Part shown: one piece after another, positions 1-10,769 of the stretch | Numbering within the stretch: the first letter of the stretch is position 1 | How the letters are laid out: the number at the start of each line of letters is the position of its first letter | Assembly (NCBI GenBank): GCA_963762255.1 | Contig: CAVXKA010000003.1 | Location: 800,001 to 864,000 of the forward strand | Direction: 5' to 3' | Length of the DNA stretch: 64,000 nt | Source: Candidatus Eiseniibacteriota bacterium | Lineage (GTDB): Bacteria; Eisenbacteria; RBG-16-71-46; JABDJR01 | The notes under the pieces: generated by a model | What the model was told of the DNA's origin: nothing | The model's database searches: none | Seen by the model: the letters and a program-made list of their open reading frames with translations, nothing else | Made by a program: the position numbers and the translations under genes

Positions 1-1
1 G

Positions 2-835
2 GGCGCGGGTTCCACCGTCTGGATCGACGAGGTGCGGTTCGAGACGGTGACCGCGATCTCCAATCCGCGACCGGCGATCACCCCCAGGGTCGTGAGCGCG
101 TTCGTCGGAGCGACGGTGCCCGTGACCGGCACCCGGACCACCTTCAACGTCGACGGGACGGATCGCACCCTCGATCACTCTCCCGGCTACTTCACGTTCA
201 CATCTTCGAACGAGACCGTGGCCGTCGTCACCGACGACGGGATCCTGGCCATAGGGACTGGGACGGCGAACATCGCCGGGCGGCTGGGAACCGTGGAGGC
301 GACGGGGGCACTGACGCTGAACGTCACCGGCGCACCCACCGTGGCCGCGCCCTCGCCGACCCTCCCCGCCGCCGACGTCATCTCCCTCTTCAGCAATGCG
401 TACACCAATGTACCGGTGGACACCTGGTCGGCTTCGTGGGACATTGCCGACGTCAGCGATTTCAAGATCGCGGGAAACGATGCGAAGGCATACACGAACC
501 TGACCTATGCGGGTATCGAGTTCACAACCAGCACGATCAATGCTTCGGCGATGACGCACATCCATCTGGATGTCTGGATGCCTCAGGGGGTGTACTTCCG
601 GGTCAAGCTGGTTGACTTCGGTGCGGATGGAGTTTATGGCGGCGGAGACGATCAGCAGCAAGAGCTCACCTTCAACGTCAGCTCCACCCCCCCGCTTACC
701 ATCGGCGCGTGGAGTGGTCTCGACATACCCTTGTCGAACTTCACCGCGCTCCCGAGTCGGGCGCATCTCGCTCAACTCATCCTCTCCAGCGACTCGAAGA
801 TCGTCTACCTGGACAACGTGTACTTCCACCGCTGA
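2..835 (+). CDS. Partial (5' end outside window) secreted carbohydrate-binding-type protein: Ig-like module plus jelly-roll/CBM-like domain
   Basis: Frame is open from base 2. Big_2-like segment (FTSSNETVAVV...GTGTANI) is followed by PTVAAPSPTLPAADVISLFSNAYTNVPVDTWSASW and ends IVYLDNVYFH, a domain I recall from beta-glucan loci. Confidence 0.65.
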   Translation, partial: GAGSTVWIDEVRFETVTAISNPRPAITPRVVSAFVGATVPVTGTRTTFNVDGTDRTLDHSPGYFTFTSSNETVAVVTDDGILAIGTGTANIAGRLGTVEATGALTLNVTGAPTVAAPSPTLPAADVISLFSNAYTNVPVDTWSASWDIADVSDFKIAGNDAKAYTNLTYAGIEFTTSTINASAMTHIHLDVWMPQGVYFRVKLVDFGADGVYGGGDDQQQELTFNVSSTPPLTIGAWSGLDIPLSNFTALPSRAHLAQLILSSDSKIVYLDNVYFHR

Positions 836-864
836 GTCGTTCGTGAGGCGGAGAGTCGAGCGGT

Positions 865-2118
865 ATGAAGAGAGATGAGAAGGGGAACGGCGCCAAACGG
901 GCGGGCAACGGCGTACCGCTGCGCCCGCTTGCCGACTCCATCCTCAGGCTGATCTGGAACGAGCGGCGCATCTCGCGGGCCGAAATCGCGCGACGCACGC
1001 GGTTGTCCCGATCCACCGTTTCGGAGATTGTCGGCACCCTCCTCGCGACGGGATTGGTGGAGGAGACCGGTATCGGCCCCTCGGGGGGCGGCCGCCCTCC
1101 GATCGTCCTTGAGTTCAAGGACGACGCTTGCGCGATCCTCGGCGTGGAAATGGGGGCGGCTCACGTGACGGTCGTGTTGACCGACCTTCGCGGCCACGTG
1201 CTCAAATGGCGGCAACGAAATCACGCGGTTCGAACGGATCCGGACGGCACGCGGAAGCTCATCGTGGATCTCTGCGAAGCCTGCCTGGCGGCGTGGCCGG
1301 CGGGCGCGGAAACGCTTCTCGGGATCGGGCTCGCGGTCCCCTCCCCGGTCGATCCCGGCCACCCCGACCACCTTTCCGAAGTGGTGCTCCCCGACTGGCA
1401 CGGACGCAGCGGCTTCACCGAGCTTCTGGCACGCTACAAGGTGCCCATCCTCATGGACAACGACGCCAACCTCGGCGCGCTCGCCGAGGGCTGGTGGGGA
1501 GCGGGCCGAGGCGTCGACGACTTCGCCTATATCAAAGTCGCGACCGGCATCGGCTCGGGCCATGTCATCGGCGGCAAGATCTATCGAGGCGCCACCGGCG
1601 TGGCCGGGGAAATCGGTCACATGGCTATCGATCCCCGCGGCGGTCCCTGCATCTGCGGACTCCGCGGGTGCCTCGCCACTCTGGTCGGGTCCCAAGCCCT
1701 GGTCGAGCGGGCCTACGCCATGCTCTCCAAGTATCCGGAGAGCTCCTTCAAGGGTCAGACGATTACGATCGGCGCCATCGAAGACGCGGCCCTGGCCGGC
1801 GATCCGCTCGCCCTCGAGTTGTTGCAGGAAGCGGCGGAAAATCTCGGCATCGCAGTGGCCGGATTGCTCAACCTCATGAATCCCTCCATGGTGATCGTCG
1901 GAGGGGAATTGGCCCGGGTCGGAGAGCTGCTCCTCGAACCGCTTCGCGAGACGGTACGCCGGCGCACCCTGGTCAGCGCGCTCGCCGCCTCCGAGGTGAG
2001 AACCAGCGAACTCGGTCCACGGGCGATTGCCGTGGGGGCGGCCACCCTGGTCCTCGAGGCCGCGCTCGCCGATTCACGATTCTTTCCGGCGGTGGCCGGT
2101 CGCAGGGAGGCAGGATGA
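865..2118 (+). CDS. ROK family transcriptional repressor (XylR/NagC/BglR type)
   Basis: N-terminal HTH (ISRAEIARRTRLSRSTVSEIV), GGRPP linker, DNDANLGALAE, GIGSG, and the GEIGH...CICGLRGCL Zn motif. Confidence 0.95.
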   Translation: MKRDEKGNGAKRAGNGVPLRPLADSILRLIWNERRISRAEIARRTRLSRSTVSEIVGTLLATGLVEETGIGPSGGGRPPIVLEFKDDACAILGVEMGAAHVTVVLTDLRGHVLKWRQRNHAVRTDPDGTRKLIVDLCEACLAAWPAGAETLLGIGLAVPSPVDPGHPDHLSEVVLPDWHGRSGFTELLARYKVPILMDNDANLGALAEGWWGAGRGVDDFAYIKVATGIGSGHVIGGKIYRGATGVAGEIGHMAIDPRGGPCICGLRGCLATLVGSQALVERAYAMLSKYPESSFKGQTITIGAIEDAALAGDPLALELLQEAAENLGIAVAGLLNLMNPSMVIVGGELARVGELLLEPLRETVRRRTLVSALAASEVRTSELGPRAIAVGAATLVLEAALADSRFFPAVAGRREAG

Positions 2119-2954
2119 TCCACGGCAGGGGCTCACGGAACCGGAAGTTGGAAATCGCGGCGGTCGTGACCGCGCTTGTGGCATGGGGCGGCAGTTGCGG
2201 CGACAGCTCACCGACGTGGGATCTGGTCTGGGAGGACGAGTTCGAAGGCCCGGCGGGGCAGCTCCCCGACTCGACGAACTGGCGGTTCGACGTCGGTGTG
2301 GATTGGGGGAACGCGCAACTCGAGTACGACACCGACCGTGCGGAGAACGTCTCCCTCGACGGCGCCGGCCACCTTGCCATCACCGCCCGCAAGGAGAACT
2401 ACCAGGGAGAACACGGGGAACGCGAGTACACCTCGGGTCGCATCAACACCTCCGGACTCTTCGAGCAAGCTCGGGGACGATTCGAAGCCCGGATCAAGCT
2501 GCCTGTCGGTCAGGGCATGTGGCCCGCCTTCTGGCTCCTCGGCAACGATATCTCCACCGCCTACTGGCCGGCGTGCGGCGAGATCGACATCATGGAGTAC
2601 CGCGGCCAGGCGCCCAGCATCGTCTACGGTAGCCTCCACGGCCCCGGGTACTCAGGCGGAGGCGCGCTGACATCCGCCTTCACGCTGTCCGGCCGGAGAT
2701 TCGACGCCGACTTCCACGTCTTCACGGTCGACTGGGAACGGGATCGCCTCACGTGGTACGTGGACGACAAGCTCTACAAGGTCGTCACTCCGGACGATCT
2801 CCCCGCAGGGACGCGCTGGGTGTTCGATCACCCCTTCTTTGTCATTCTGGATCTGGCCGTCGGCGGGAATTTCGTGGGACCGCCCAATGCCACGACCACG
2901 TTCCCGCAGACGATGCTCGTCGACTGGGTCCGGGTCTACCGGAGTACGTCGTGA
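2115..2954 (+). CDS. GH16 endo-beta-1,3-glucanase (laminarinase-like), probable lipoprotein
   Basis: ATGA overlap with the ROK stop. Motifs WEDEF, WGNAQLEYDT, YTSGRI, GMWPAFWLLG, GEIDIME and HPFFVILDLAVGG. Lipobox-like GGSC. Confidence 0.92.
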   Translation: MIHGRGSRNRKLEIAAVVTALVAWGGSCGDSSPTWDLVWEDEFEGPAGQLPDSTNWRFDVGVDWGNAQLEYDTDRAENVSLDGAGHLAITARKENYQGEHGEREYTSGRINTSGLFEQARGRFEARIKLPVGQGMWPAFWLLGNDISTAYWPACGEIDIMEYRGQAPSIVYGSLHGPGYSGGGALTSAFTLSGRRFDADFHVFTVDWERDRLTWYVDDKLYKVVTPDDLPAGTRWVFDHPFFVILDLAVGGNFVGPPNATTTFPQTMLVDWVRVYRSTS

Positions 2955-4624
2955 AGCCTCGCGCGAGCCTTCACAGGATCGCGCATCTCGCTGCCCTGAC
3001 GTCGACCCTGGCCTTCGCCGCGTGCGCGCGGGACGCGGCGCGGGCCCCTGACGGAGTACTCGTGGTTTCCCAGGAGCAGCAGGCATCCTGGGTCCGCAAC
3101 TTCAACCCCCTCACCACCGCCACCGCCGCCCGCTGGCCGACCCTCGCCGGCATCTACGAGCCCCTCTTCGTGTTCAACAGCGTTCATGCGGAAATGGTGC
3201 CCTGGCTGGCCGTGGACCGGGAGTGGAGGGAAGGGAACACCGTGCTCCGCCTGAGCACGCGCGAGGGGGTGCTGTGGTCGGACGGGGAGCCCTTCACCGC
3301 ACGCGACGTGGCGTTCACCTTCGATCTCCTCCGCCGCTATCGGGCGCTGGATCGCAGAGGAGTATGGGGATTCCTCGAGGAGGTGCGGGCGATCGACGAT
3401 CGCACCGTCGACTTCCGCTTTCAGCGGGTGTTCATCCCCGGCTTCGACGAGGTGGCGGCGCAGCAGATTGTCCCGGAGCATGTCTGGAAAGACATCGCCG
3501 ACCCGGTCACGTTCGCCAACGAGAACCCGGTGGCCACCGGGCCGTTCACCGAGGTGCGGGTCTTCAGGAACCAGGTCTACGAACTGGGGCGCAATCCGAA
3601 CTACTGGCAGAAGGGGCTTCCGCGCGTGGACGCGATCCGCTGCCCCGCCTACCCGGGCAATGACCGGGCCAACCTCGCTCTCGTCTTCGACGAGGTGGAC
3701 TGGGCGGGGAACTTCATCCCCGCGGTCGACAGGGTCTACGTCGGGCGCAACCCGGAGACCCATCACTACTGGTTTCCCCTCACCGGGAGCAGCATCTTTC
3801 TCTACACGAACACGCTGCGCGCACCTTTCGATGACGTCCGGGTGCGCAAGGCTCTCAGCATGGCCATCGACCGCGACTTGCTGGTGGATGTCGCTCTCTA
3901 CCGCTACTCCCGTCCCGCCGACGCCACCGGTCTCAGCGACGCCTACGTCGCCTGGCGGGATTCCGCAGCGGTCTCGGCGGGCGAGTGGGTGCGCCACGAT
4001 ATCGCCCGCGCCAATCGACTCCTGGACGAGGCGGGCTATCGTCGCGGCGACGACGGTTTCCGCACGCGGGCAGACGGATCGCCGTGGCGCTACGAGATCC
4101 TGACCGTTTCCGGGTGGTCGGACTGGGTGCGGGCCTCCCAGGTCATCGCCCGCGGCTTGCAGGATCTCGGCATCGACGCCTCCGTCCGAACCTACGATTT
4201 CAGTGCCTGGTTTCAGCGGGTCCAGGAAGGGGATTTCGACTTGAGTCTGGGATGGTCCTTCGAGGGCCCGACGCCCTACCTGTTCTACCGGTGGCTCATG
4301 TCCTCGGCCACGGTGAATCCGATAGGCGAAGCCTCGATGGGCAACTGGCACCGGTACAAGAGCGCGGCGGCGGACAGTGCGCTGACCGCCTTCGAACGCG
4401 AGCCCGATTCGACCGCCCAGCACCGCCTGGCGGACAAGCTTCAGCGGATCTTCGTCGCCGAAGCCCCCGCGATCCCGCTCTATCCCAACCCGTCATGGGC
4501 CGAGTACAACACCGGCCGGTTCGAGGGCTTCCCCTCGGAGGGCGATCCCTATGCGGATCCCTCTCCGAACAAGTTCGACCGGGGCGAGTGTCTGCTCGTC
4601 CTGACTGCCGTGACCCCGCGATAG
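2951..4624 (+). CDS. ABC transporter substrate-binding lipoprotein, family 5 (OppA/DppA fold), probably binds beta-gluco-oligosaccharides
   Basis: GTGA overlap, lipobox FAAC, and motifs WVRNFNP, WSDGEPFTARDVAFTF, ATGPF and VRKALSMAIDR. Substrate is inferred from context. Confidence 0.9.
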   Translation: MKPRASLHRIAHLAALTSTLAFAACARDAARAPDGVLVVSQEQQASWVRNFNPLTTATAARWPTLAGIYEPLFVFNSVHAEMVPWLAVDREWREGNTVLRLSTREGVLWSDGEPFTARDVAFTFDLLRRYRALDRRGVWGFLEEVRAIDDRTVDFRFQRVFIPGFDEVAAQQIVPEHVWKDIADPVTFANENPVATGPFTEVRVFRNQVYELGRNPNYWQKGLPRVDAIRCPAYPGNDRANLALVFDEVDWAGNFIPAVDRVYVGRNPETHHYWFPLTGSSIFLYTNTLRAPFDDVRVRKALSMAIDRDLLVDVALYRYSRPADATGLSDAYVAWRDSAAVSAGEWVRHDIARANRLLDEAGYRRGDDGFRTRADGSPWRYEILTVSGWSDWVRASQVIARGLQDLGIDASVRTYDFSAWFQRVQEGDFDLSLGWSFEGPTPYLFYRWLMSSATVNPIGEASMGNWHRYKSAAADSALTAFEREPDSTAQHRLADKLQRIFVAEAPAIPLYPNPSWAEYNTGRFEGFPSEGDPYADPSPNKFDRGECLLVLTAVTPR

Positions 4625-4633
4625 GAAACGCGC

Positions 4634-5617
4634 ATGCGCTACCTTCTGCGTCGACTCGGTTTCTATCTGATCGCAGCGTGGACGGCGCTCACGCTCAACT
4701 TCTTCCTGCCCCGGCTGATGCCGGGCGATCCTGCCACCGCGCTCTTCGCCCGTTTCCGCGGCCGCCTGAGCCCGGAAGCGATGGACGCGCTGCGTGAAAC
4801 CTTCGGTCTCACCGACGCGTCCATCTTTCGCCAGTACCTCACCTACCTGGCGCACGTGTTCCGCGGCGATCTCGGGATCTCGGTCGCTTACTTCCCCTCG
4901 CCGGTGGCCGACGTCATCGGAACCGGCCTTCTGTGGACCGTCTTTCTGGCCGGCACCGCACTGGTGGTGAGCTTCGCGATCGGCACGCTTCTCGGCATCG
5001 CCTCCGCCTGGTGGCGGCACGGCTGGATCGACACATGGCTTCCCTCCACGTTTGCATTCCTCGGCGCCTTCCCCTACTTCTGGCTGGCCATGGTGGCGCT
5101 CTACGTACTGGGCTTTACCCTCGGGTGGTTCCCGTTGGGACATGCCTATGCCGACGATCTGGCCCCCTCCTTCTCCGGCGCCTTCATCGTCGACGTCCTC
5201 CGCCATGCCGCCTTGCCGGTAGGAACGGTGGTGCTGGCTACGCTCGGCGGCTGGCTTCTCTCCATGCGCAACACGATGGTCGCCATCCTCGGGTCGGACT
5301 ACGTGAACCTCGCCCGCGCCAAGGGGCTCAGTCCGGCGCGGGTCGCCCTGCGCTACGCCGCCCGCAACGCGCTCCTCCCCAGCGTCACCGGCTTCGGGAT
5401 GGCGCTCGGTTTTGTCCTGGGTGGATCGCTCCTGACCGAGATCGTCTTCTCCTATCCCGGCCAGGGATACCTCCTGGTTCAGGCGGTGCGAAACCAGGAC
5501 TATCCGCTCATGCAGGGTATCTTCCTCGTCATCACTCTCGCGGTCCTCGGCGCAAACTGGCTGGTGGATGTCGTCTACATCTGGCTCGATCCCCGCACAC
5601 GGGAGTCCGCGTCATGA
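4634..5617 (+). CDS. ABC transporter permease (OppB/DppB type)
   Basis: MRYLLRRL...PRLMPGDP, GDLGIS, ARAKGLS, RNALLP, DYPLMQG and WLDPR. Confidence 0.93.
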   Translation: MRYLLRRLGFYLIAAWTALTLNFFLPRLMPGDPATALFARFRGRLSPEAMDALRETFGLTDASIFRQYLTYLAHVFRGDLGISVAYFPSPVADVIGTGLLWTVFLAGTALVVSFAIGTLLGIASAWWRHGWIDTWLPSTFAFLGAFPYFWLAMVALYVLGFTLGWFPLGHAYADDLAPSFSGAFIVDVLRHAALPVGTVVLATLGGWLLSMRNTMVAILGSDYVNLARAKGLSPARVALRYAARNALLPSVTGFGMALGFVLGGSLLTEIVFSYPGQGYLLVQAVRNQDYPLMQGIFLVITLAVLGANWLVDVVYIWLDPRTRESAS

Positions 5618-6552
5618 GCCGGAACGCATCGTCCCGGACGACCGGCATCGCGGTCTGGTGGGAGGCCATTCGCCGGGACCGCAAGGCAACCATCGGCGCC
5701 TCGATCCTGGCGGTCTTCCTGCTGATCGCCGTTGCCGGACCGTGGATGGTCGGCAAACCCGACGCGCTGGTGGGCGTCCCCCTTCAGCCTCCGTCCGCGC
5801 ACCATCTGCTTGGAACCACGGGACAAGGCCAGGACGTGCTCGCGCAACTCGTGGTGGGCACGCGAACGTCCCTTGCCATCGGCTTTCTCGTCGGGCTTAC
5901 CGTGGTGCTGGTAGGCGCTCTGGTGGGTGTGAGCGCTGGGTACTTCGGCGGTCGGGTGGATGCCGTCCTCTCGCTGTTCTTCAACGTCTTCCTGGTCATA
6001 CCCGGTCTTCCCCTGGCCATCGTGATCGCGGCGTATCTTCCTTCCGGGCCTCTCACCTTGGGGCTCGTGCTGGTGGTTACCGGTTGGGCCTGGAATGCGC
6101 GGGTGATTCGCGCGCAGACGCTGGCCCAGCGGCGCCGGGACTTCGTGGCGGCGGCGGTGGTGGCCGGAGAATCGAATTTCAACATCATCGCGCGGGAAAT
6201 TCTCCCAACCATGACATCCCTCCTGGTGGCCCAGGTCATCGGCAGCACGGTCTACGCGATCGGCGCGCAGGTGGGGCTCGAGTTTCTGGGGCTGGGGGAC
6301 GTCTCGGGAATCACCTGGGGCACCAATCTCTACTGGGCCCAGAACGACTCCGCGCTGCTCACCGGGGCGTGGTGGACCTTCGCCCCCACCGGTCTCTGTG
6401 TGGCGCTGGTGGGGTTCGGCCTCACCATGCTCAATTCCGGCTTCGACGAGATTACCAACCCGCGCCTGCAGCTCGAGCGAGCCTGGCGCGCTCACCTGGC
6501 GCGAAGAGGCCGCAAGCCCACGGCGTCGACCCCGGTGGTCCATCATGGCTGA
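5614..6552 (+). CDS. ABC transporter permease (OppC/DppC type)
   Basis: ATGA overlap. PPSAHHLLGTTGQGQDV, EAA-like loop (RDFVAAAVVAGES), LEFLGLG and NPRL. Confidence 0.92.
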   Translation: MSRNASSRTTGIAVWWEAIRRDRKATIGASILAVFLLIAVAGPWMVGKPDALVGVPLQPPSAHHLLGTTGQGQDVLAQLVVGTRTSLAIGFLVGLTVVLVGALVGVSAGYFGGRVDAVLSLFFNVFLVIPGLPLAIVIAAYLPSGPLTLGLVLVVTGWAWNARVIRAQTLAQRRRDFVAAAVVAGESNFNIIAREILPTMTSLLVAQVIGSTVYAIGAQVGLEFLGLGDVSGITWGTNLYWAQNDSALLTGAWWTFAPTGLCVALVGFGLTMLNSGFDEITNPRLQLERAWRAHLARRGRKPTASTPVVHHG

Positions 6553-7505
6553 TCCCATCCTCTCCATTCGCGGTCTCAGCGTCGACTACATCACCGATGC
6601 CGGCGCGGTGCGCGCGGTGGACGGAGTGTCCCTGGACGTGGAGCGAGGAGAGATCGTCGGGATCGCCGGCGAATCGGGAAGCGGAAAGTCGACCCTGGCC
6701 CAGGCCCTGCTACGCATCCTCCCGCCGCCGGCGGTGATCTCGGCCGGCGAGGTGCTCTTCGACGGGCGCGATCTACTCACGCTCGGCGAGTCGGAGCTGC
6801 GCGCCCTGCGGTGGCAGCGCATCTCGATGGTCTTCCAGAGCGCCATGGACTCCCTGAACCCGGTGATCACGATCGGCGAGCAGATAGTCGACACCCTCGT
6901 CGCGCACGAGGCCGCCACGGGAGGGAAGGCGCGGGATCGCTCCGGGGATCTTCTGGAGATGGTGGGCATCCCCCGCGATCGCATCGACTCGTACGCGCAC
7001 GAGCTTTCGGGCGGAATGCGACAGCGCGTGGGCATCGCTCTGGCGCTGGCCCTCGAGCCCGCCCTGGTCATCCTCGACGAGCCGACGACCGCCCTCGACG
7101 TGATCGTGGAGCGGGAGATCCTGCAGCAGATCCGGATGCTGCAGCGTCGGCAGGGATTCGCAGTGCTCTTCATCACCCACGACCTGGCCCGCATGCTGCA
7201 GTTCTCGGATCGGGTGGCGATCTTCTACGCCGCCCGTCTGGTCGAGGTGGCCCCGACGACTGAATTGAGCCGCAACCCGCGGCACCCCTACACGCAAGGC
7301 GCTCTTGCGCGCCTTCCCATCCGTGCGGGGCGACTTCGAGCAGTTGGCGAGCATTCCCGGCTCGCCGCCCAGCCTCATGGACCCTCCGACGGGCTGCCGC
7401 TTCCACCCCCGGTGCCCCCGCGCGGTGGAAGTCTGTCGGCAGCGCGAACCGAGTCTGGTGCGTCTGGCCGCGAACCACTCCGCCGCCTGTCATCTCGCCG
7501 AGTAG
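6545..7505 (+). CDS. ABC ATPase (OppD/DppD type) with one frameshift near 7300
   Basis: GESGSGKST, LSGGMRQR, ILDEPT and HPYT. The conserved tail IPGSPP...GCRFHPRC...C...ACH continues in another frame (7305-7505). Confidence 0.9.
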
Positions 7506-7560
7506 CCCCGTTGTTCGGGGCGACCCGGCGAGCGGAGTCGGGCCTTGAGCGACTCGGGCC

Positions 7561-10500
7561 TCACATGGTCACGTGCAGGTACGTCCGGATCTCCCACTCT
7601 CTCCCGTTCGGCCCGGGAGCGTTGGGCTCGCAGACCAGGGTGCCGGTCGCATCGGGAAGCTGCGCGGGGCAGTAACGAGGCGAATAGCGGTCGAGCGAGC
7701 GCCACGTGCCGCGCACACCGAGACGCGTCTGCGGGAATGCCGAACCAGCGCGGCATGCCGAGCGAGTGCGACAGATCGCCCATGAGCTGCACGGGATACG
7801 TCAGGTTGAAGTCACGGTGGTAGTCGTACGGCCCCCAGTCGTTGAACTTCGCCGCCGCGGCAAAGGCGAGGGGTCCCGTGGCGAGACGAGCATCGCCGCC
7901 GTAGTCGATGGATGAGCCGTTCCGTCGTCGCCGTTCGGCTCGCCGGTGCCGCCGTAGAAGTGCGCCAACAGCCGGCGGTCGGCGGCCAGGCGCGAGACGA
8001 CGCGCACGTTGCAGCTCCCACAGCTCGCGCGGCGGCGGTGCCCCCGGGAACGCGAACGTGGTCACGGCCGTCGCCGAGAATGCCGATGGCCGCGTCCTGA
8101 GTGGTGCGGAGGTGGCGGTAGACGAACCCCATGGCGGCAGCCAGCCGCGCGTCCTCGCGCACGTCGTTGTCCCAGGCCCACATCCAGGTCGCCGGGGTCG
8201 GGTCGTAGGTCAACATCAACTCCGCGCCCAAGCGTCTCGCGGTTGGCGCGCACCGCGAACGGATCGTTCGAGAATGTTGCGCGGCCGGCCGGGCGACGGG
8301 ACGTCGGCTGGGCATCGGGCCGACGATGGGCTTCTGCCAGAGGACGTTCGGGGCCGATCTGGAAGTTGCCCTGGTTCACCGCCACGCCGCTGATGAGGTT
8401 GGTCTGGTTGCCGGAGCCGGTGTCCTTGAGGTTCCAGCCGGTGTAGGTGAGCGTGGCGGTCGGGCCGCCGTCGGCCACCAGGCCCATGTAGGCGCCCTGC
8501 CCGTACCAGTGCCAGCGCCCGCGCTCCAGTGTCAGCTTCGGCCTTGCCGCCGAAGGTGTCCGCGTCCTTTACGTAGTCCTGCAGCAGCCGGTAGCTGTCG
8601 CCGTCCTTCTCCGCGATCTGGAATCCATCGCCGACCTTGGTGCTTCCTCGCCCAGATGCCGCCCACTTCGCGCGCCGAGCGCTCCGAGGTTCCTGCGCAG
8701 ATCCAGGGTGGCGCGTCTCGTGGGCGGATTCGGTACCGCGAACGAGCTGGTCACGGTGGACTGCGCGGTGAACGTCCTCCTGGTAGATCCCCGTCGCGTC
8801 CACCGACCCGACGCGGCGCGGTACTTGAGCATGACTGCGGGATTGGCGCCCCACCACAGCTGCGGGCCGAAGGCGAGCTTCAGCGCCGTCCAACGCGCGC
8901 TTGCCCGCGATCTCGAAGCCGACCGGCGCCTCGCCGTCGTAGATGTCGATGTTCTCGCCGTAGAACGCCTCGCGGTAGAGGCCGAAGAAGTCGCCCTCGT
9001 AGCCCCAGTGGGAGTGGCCGGTGCGGTAGAAGCCGTCCAGCCGGAACCAGCGGTCGTCCCAGGAGACGGCCGCCTGGTAGACCTTCACGCGCTCGATGCC
9101 CCTGAGCTCGTAGTCCCGCGTCCTGCGTCGGCACCGTCTGGGAGCGGCCGCGGTTCTCGTAGAAGATCTCGTCGATGGGGTTGTGGGCACGTTGCCCAGG
9201 ACGTTGAGCGACAGCGTCGCCGGTCACCGTCTCCGCCGGCTTCGCCTCGAAGTCGGCGTAGAACGACTCCATGCGGTCGAAGCCGCGGAACGCGGGGTAG
9301 CCCGGTCTCCGGACGCCGCTGATTCGGCGTGCTGACGATGGCTGCCGCCGGTGCTGTACGTCTCGAACTGCAAGCCGCAGCCCGGTCAGCCGCACGCGCT
9401 CGGAGATCTTCGACGACGAGCGCCGCACGGTCGCCGCGGGCCTCCACGCGCCGTCGCCGCGGGCTCGATGCCGGCGAAGTGTGCGCGGATGGTCGTCGAG
9501 ATCGGTGCCCGGCGCATAGGGATCGAGCGCGAAGGCCCGCCGCAGCGCGTAGTAGGCGGCGCGCGGGTAGAGCTCGAAGAGCCCGCGGCCGTCGGGGGGG
9601 CCCTTGGCGCAGATGCCCCACCACTCCTCGTTCATGTTGTTCTCGCCCTGCGACGAAGTCCTCCGCGTAGCCGCCGTTGGGCCACGAGGCGTTGGTGTCG
9701 TGGACGTCGAGGCGGCTCTCCTGGCCGTACTTCCACCAGCCGTCGCTCCACTGGAAGACGAAGCCGCCGATGGCGTTGCCCACCCGCCCCTTGCCGGCCG
9801 ACTGCTCGTAGATCTCCTCGCCACTGGCCCAGCAGGTAGCGCGCCTGCATCGCCTGGTCCTCGCGCATCTCCTTCGCGTTGAAGGCGTCGGAGCCGAACT
9901 CGGTGAACATCACCGGAATGCCCGAGCTTGTCCTTGACGACCTGGAAGAGGTCGCGCGGCGGAGATGCCGCGGTAGACGTTGGTGCCGAACACGTCGAGT
10001 CCACGGCACTCCTGGGCGATGACGTCGATGTACTGCACGTCGCCGTTGGCGATGGCCACCGGACGATCGGTGTCACGGGCCTTGACGCGCGGCGATGATC
10101 TCGCCGAAGAGCGAGTAGAGCTGGTGGGCGCGGGCTGCGTCGCGCTCGCCCTGCGGCAGCGCCTCGATCTCGAACGAGCGTCCACGAGAGGCCGTAGTTG
10201 TTCTCGTTGCCGAGCAGCCACATCAGCACGCCCGGGACGTCCCTGGAACTCCTCGACGAGCGCGGACGACTTCGGCCTTGAGGGCGGCGCGCAGGCGCGG
10301 ATCGGAGTAGTCGACGTTGGGGATCCAGACGCCGTCGAGGGTGAAGCCGTAGCGGCCCACGGGTGGTTGATGACGGTGTAGATGCCGTAGCGCTCGTAGA
10401 TGTACTGGACCCAGCGCGGCGGAATGCCGACGTACTGCGCGGATGGCGTTCACGCCCATGTTCTTCAGCAGCGGCATCTCGCGGGCCAGCGCGGCCTCGA

Positions 10501-10769
10501 TCACGTCGTCCGGCTGCGTGCCAGAGGCTGTAGATGTAGTTCTGCGCCGATGGGGACGTAGTCCCAGTTCATCCCGAAGACCATGAAGTCCCGACCGCCC
10601 ACCTGGAGCCGCGTCCCCGCCGCATCGGTGACCACGCGCACCTGGGCGGGATCGCCGGGGTCGCATTCTGCGCCCGGGCCGTGGTCGCCGCGAGCATGAC
10701 CAGCGCGGCCATCAGGGGGATCGCGAACCGATGACCGCGTTGCCAATGGACGTTTCGGATCACGCTCAC
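7561..10769 (-). CDS. Large secreted glycoside hydrolase: GH158/GH2-like TIM barrel plus long beta-rich C-terminal region; many frameshifts
   Basis: AGGAGG RBS and a GTG overlapping the GH1 stop, followed by a signal peptide. Fragments across frames include [68 protein letters not shown] and [19 protein letters not shown]. Ends [13 protein letters not shown] at 7561. Confidence 0.75.

Noticed and set aside
1128-2114. N-terminal extension of GH16 overlapping the ROK gene
   Set aside because: It is off-frame read-through. The ATGA coupling at 2115 gives a proper signal peptide.
7290-7310. Programmed ribosomal frameshift in the ABC ATPase
   Set aside because: There is no slippery heptamer, and the many nearby indels point to sequence error.
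7505-7521. Hairpin GCCCCG-TTGTT-CGGGGC between convergent operons
   Set aside because: The stem is only 6 bp with no U-tract, which is expected by chance at this GC content.
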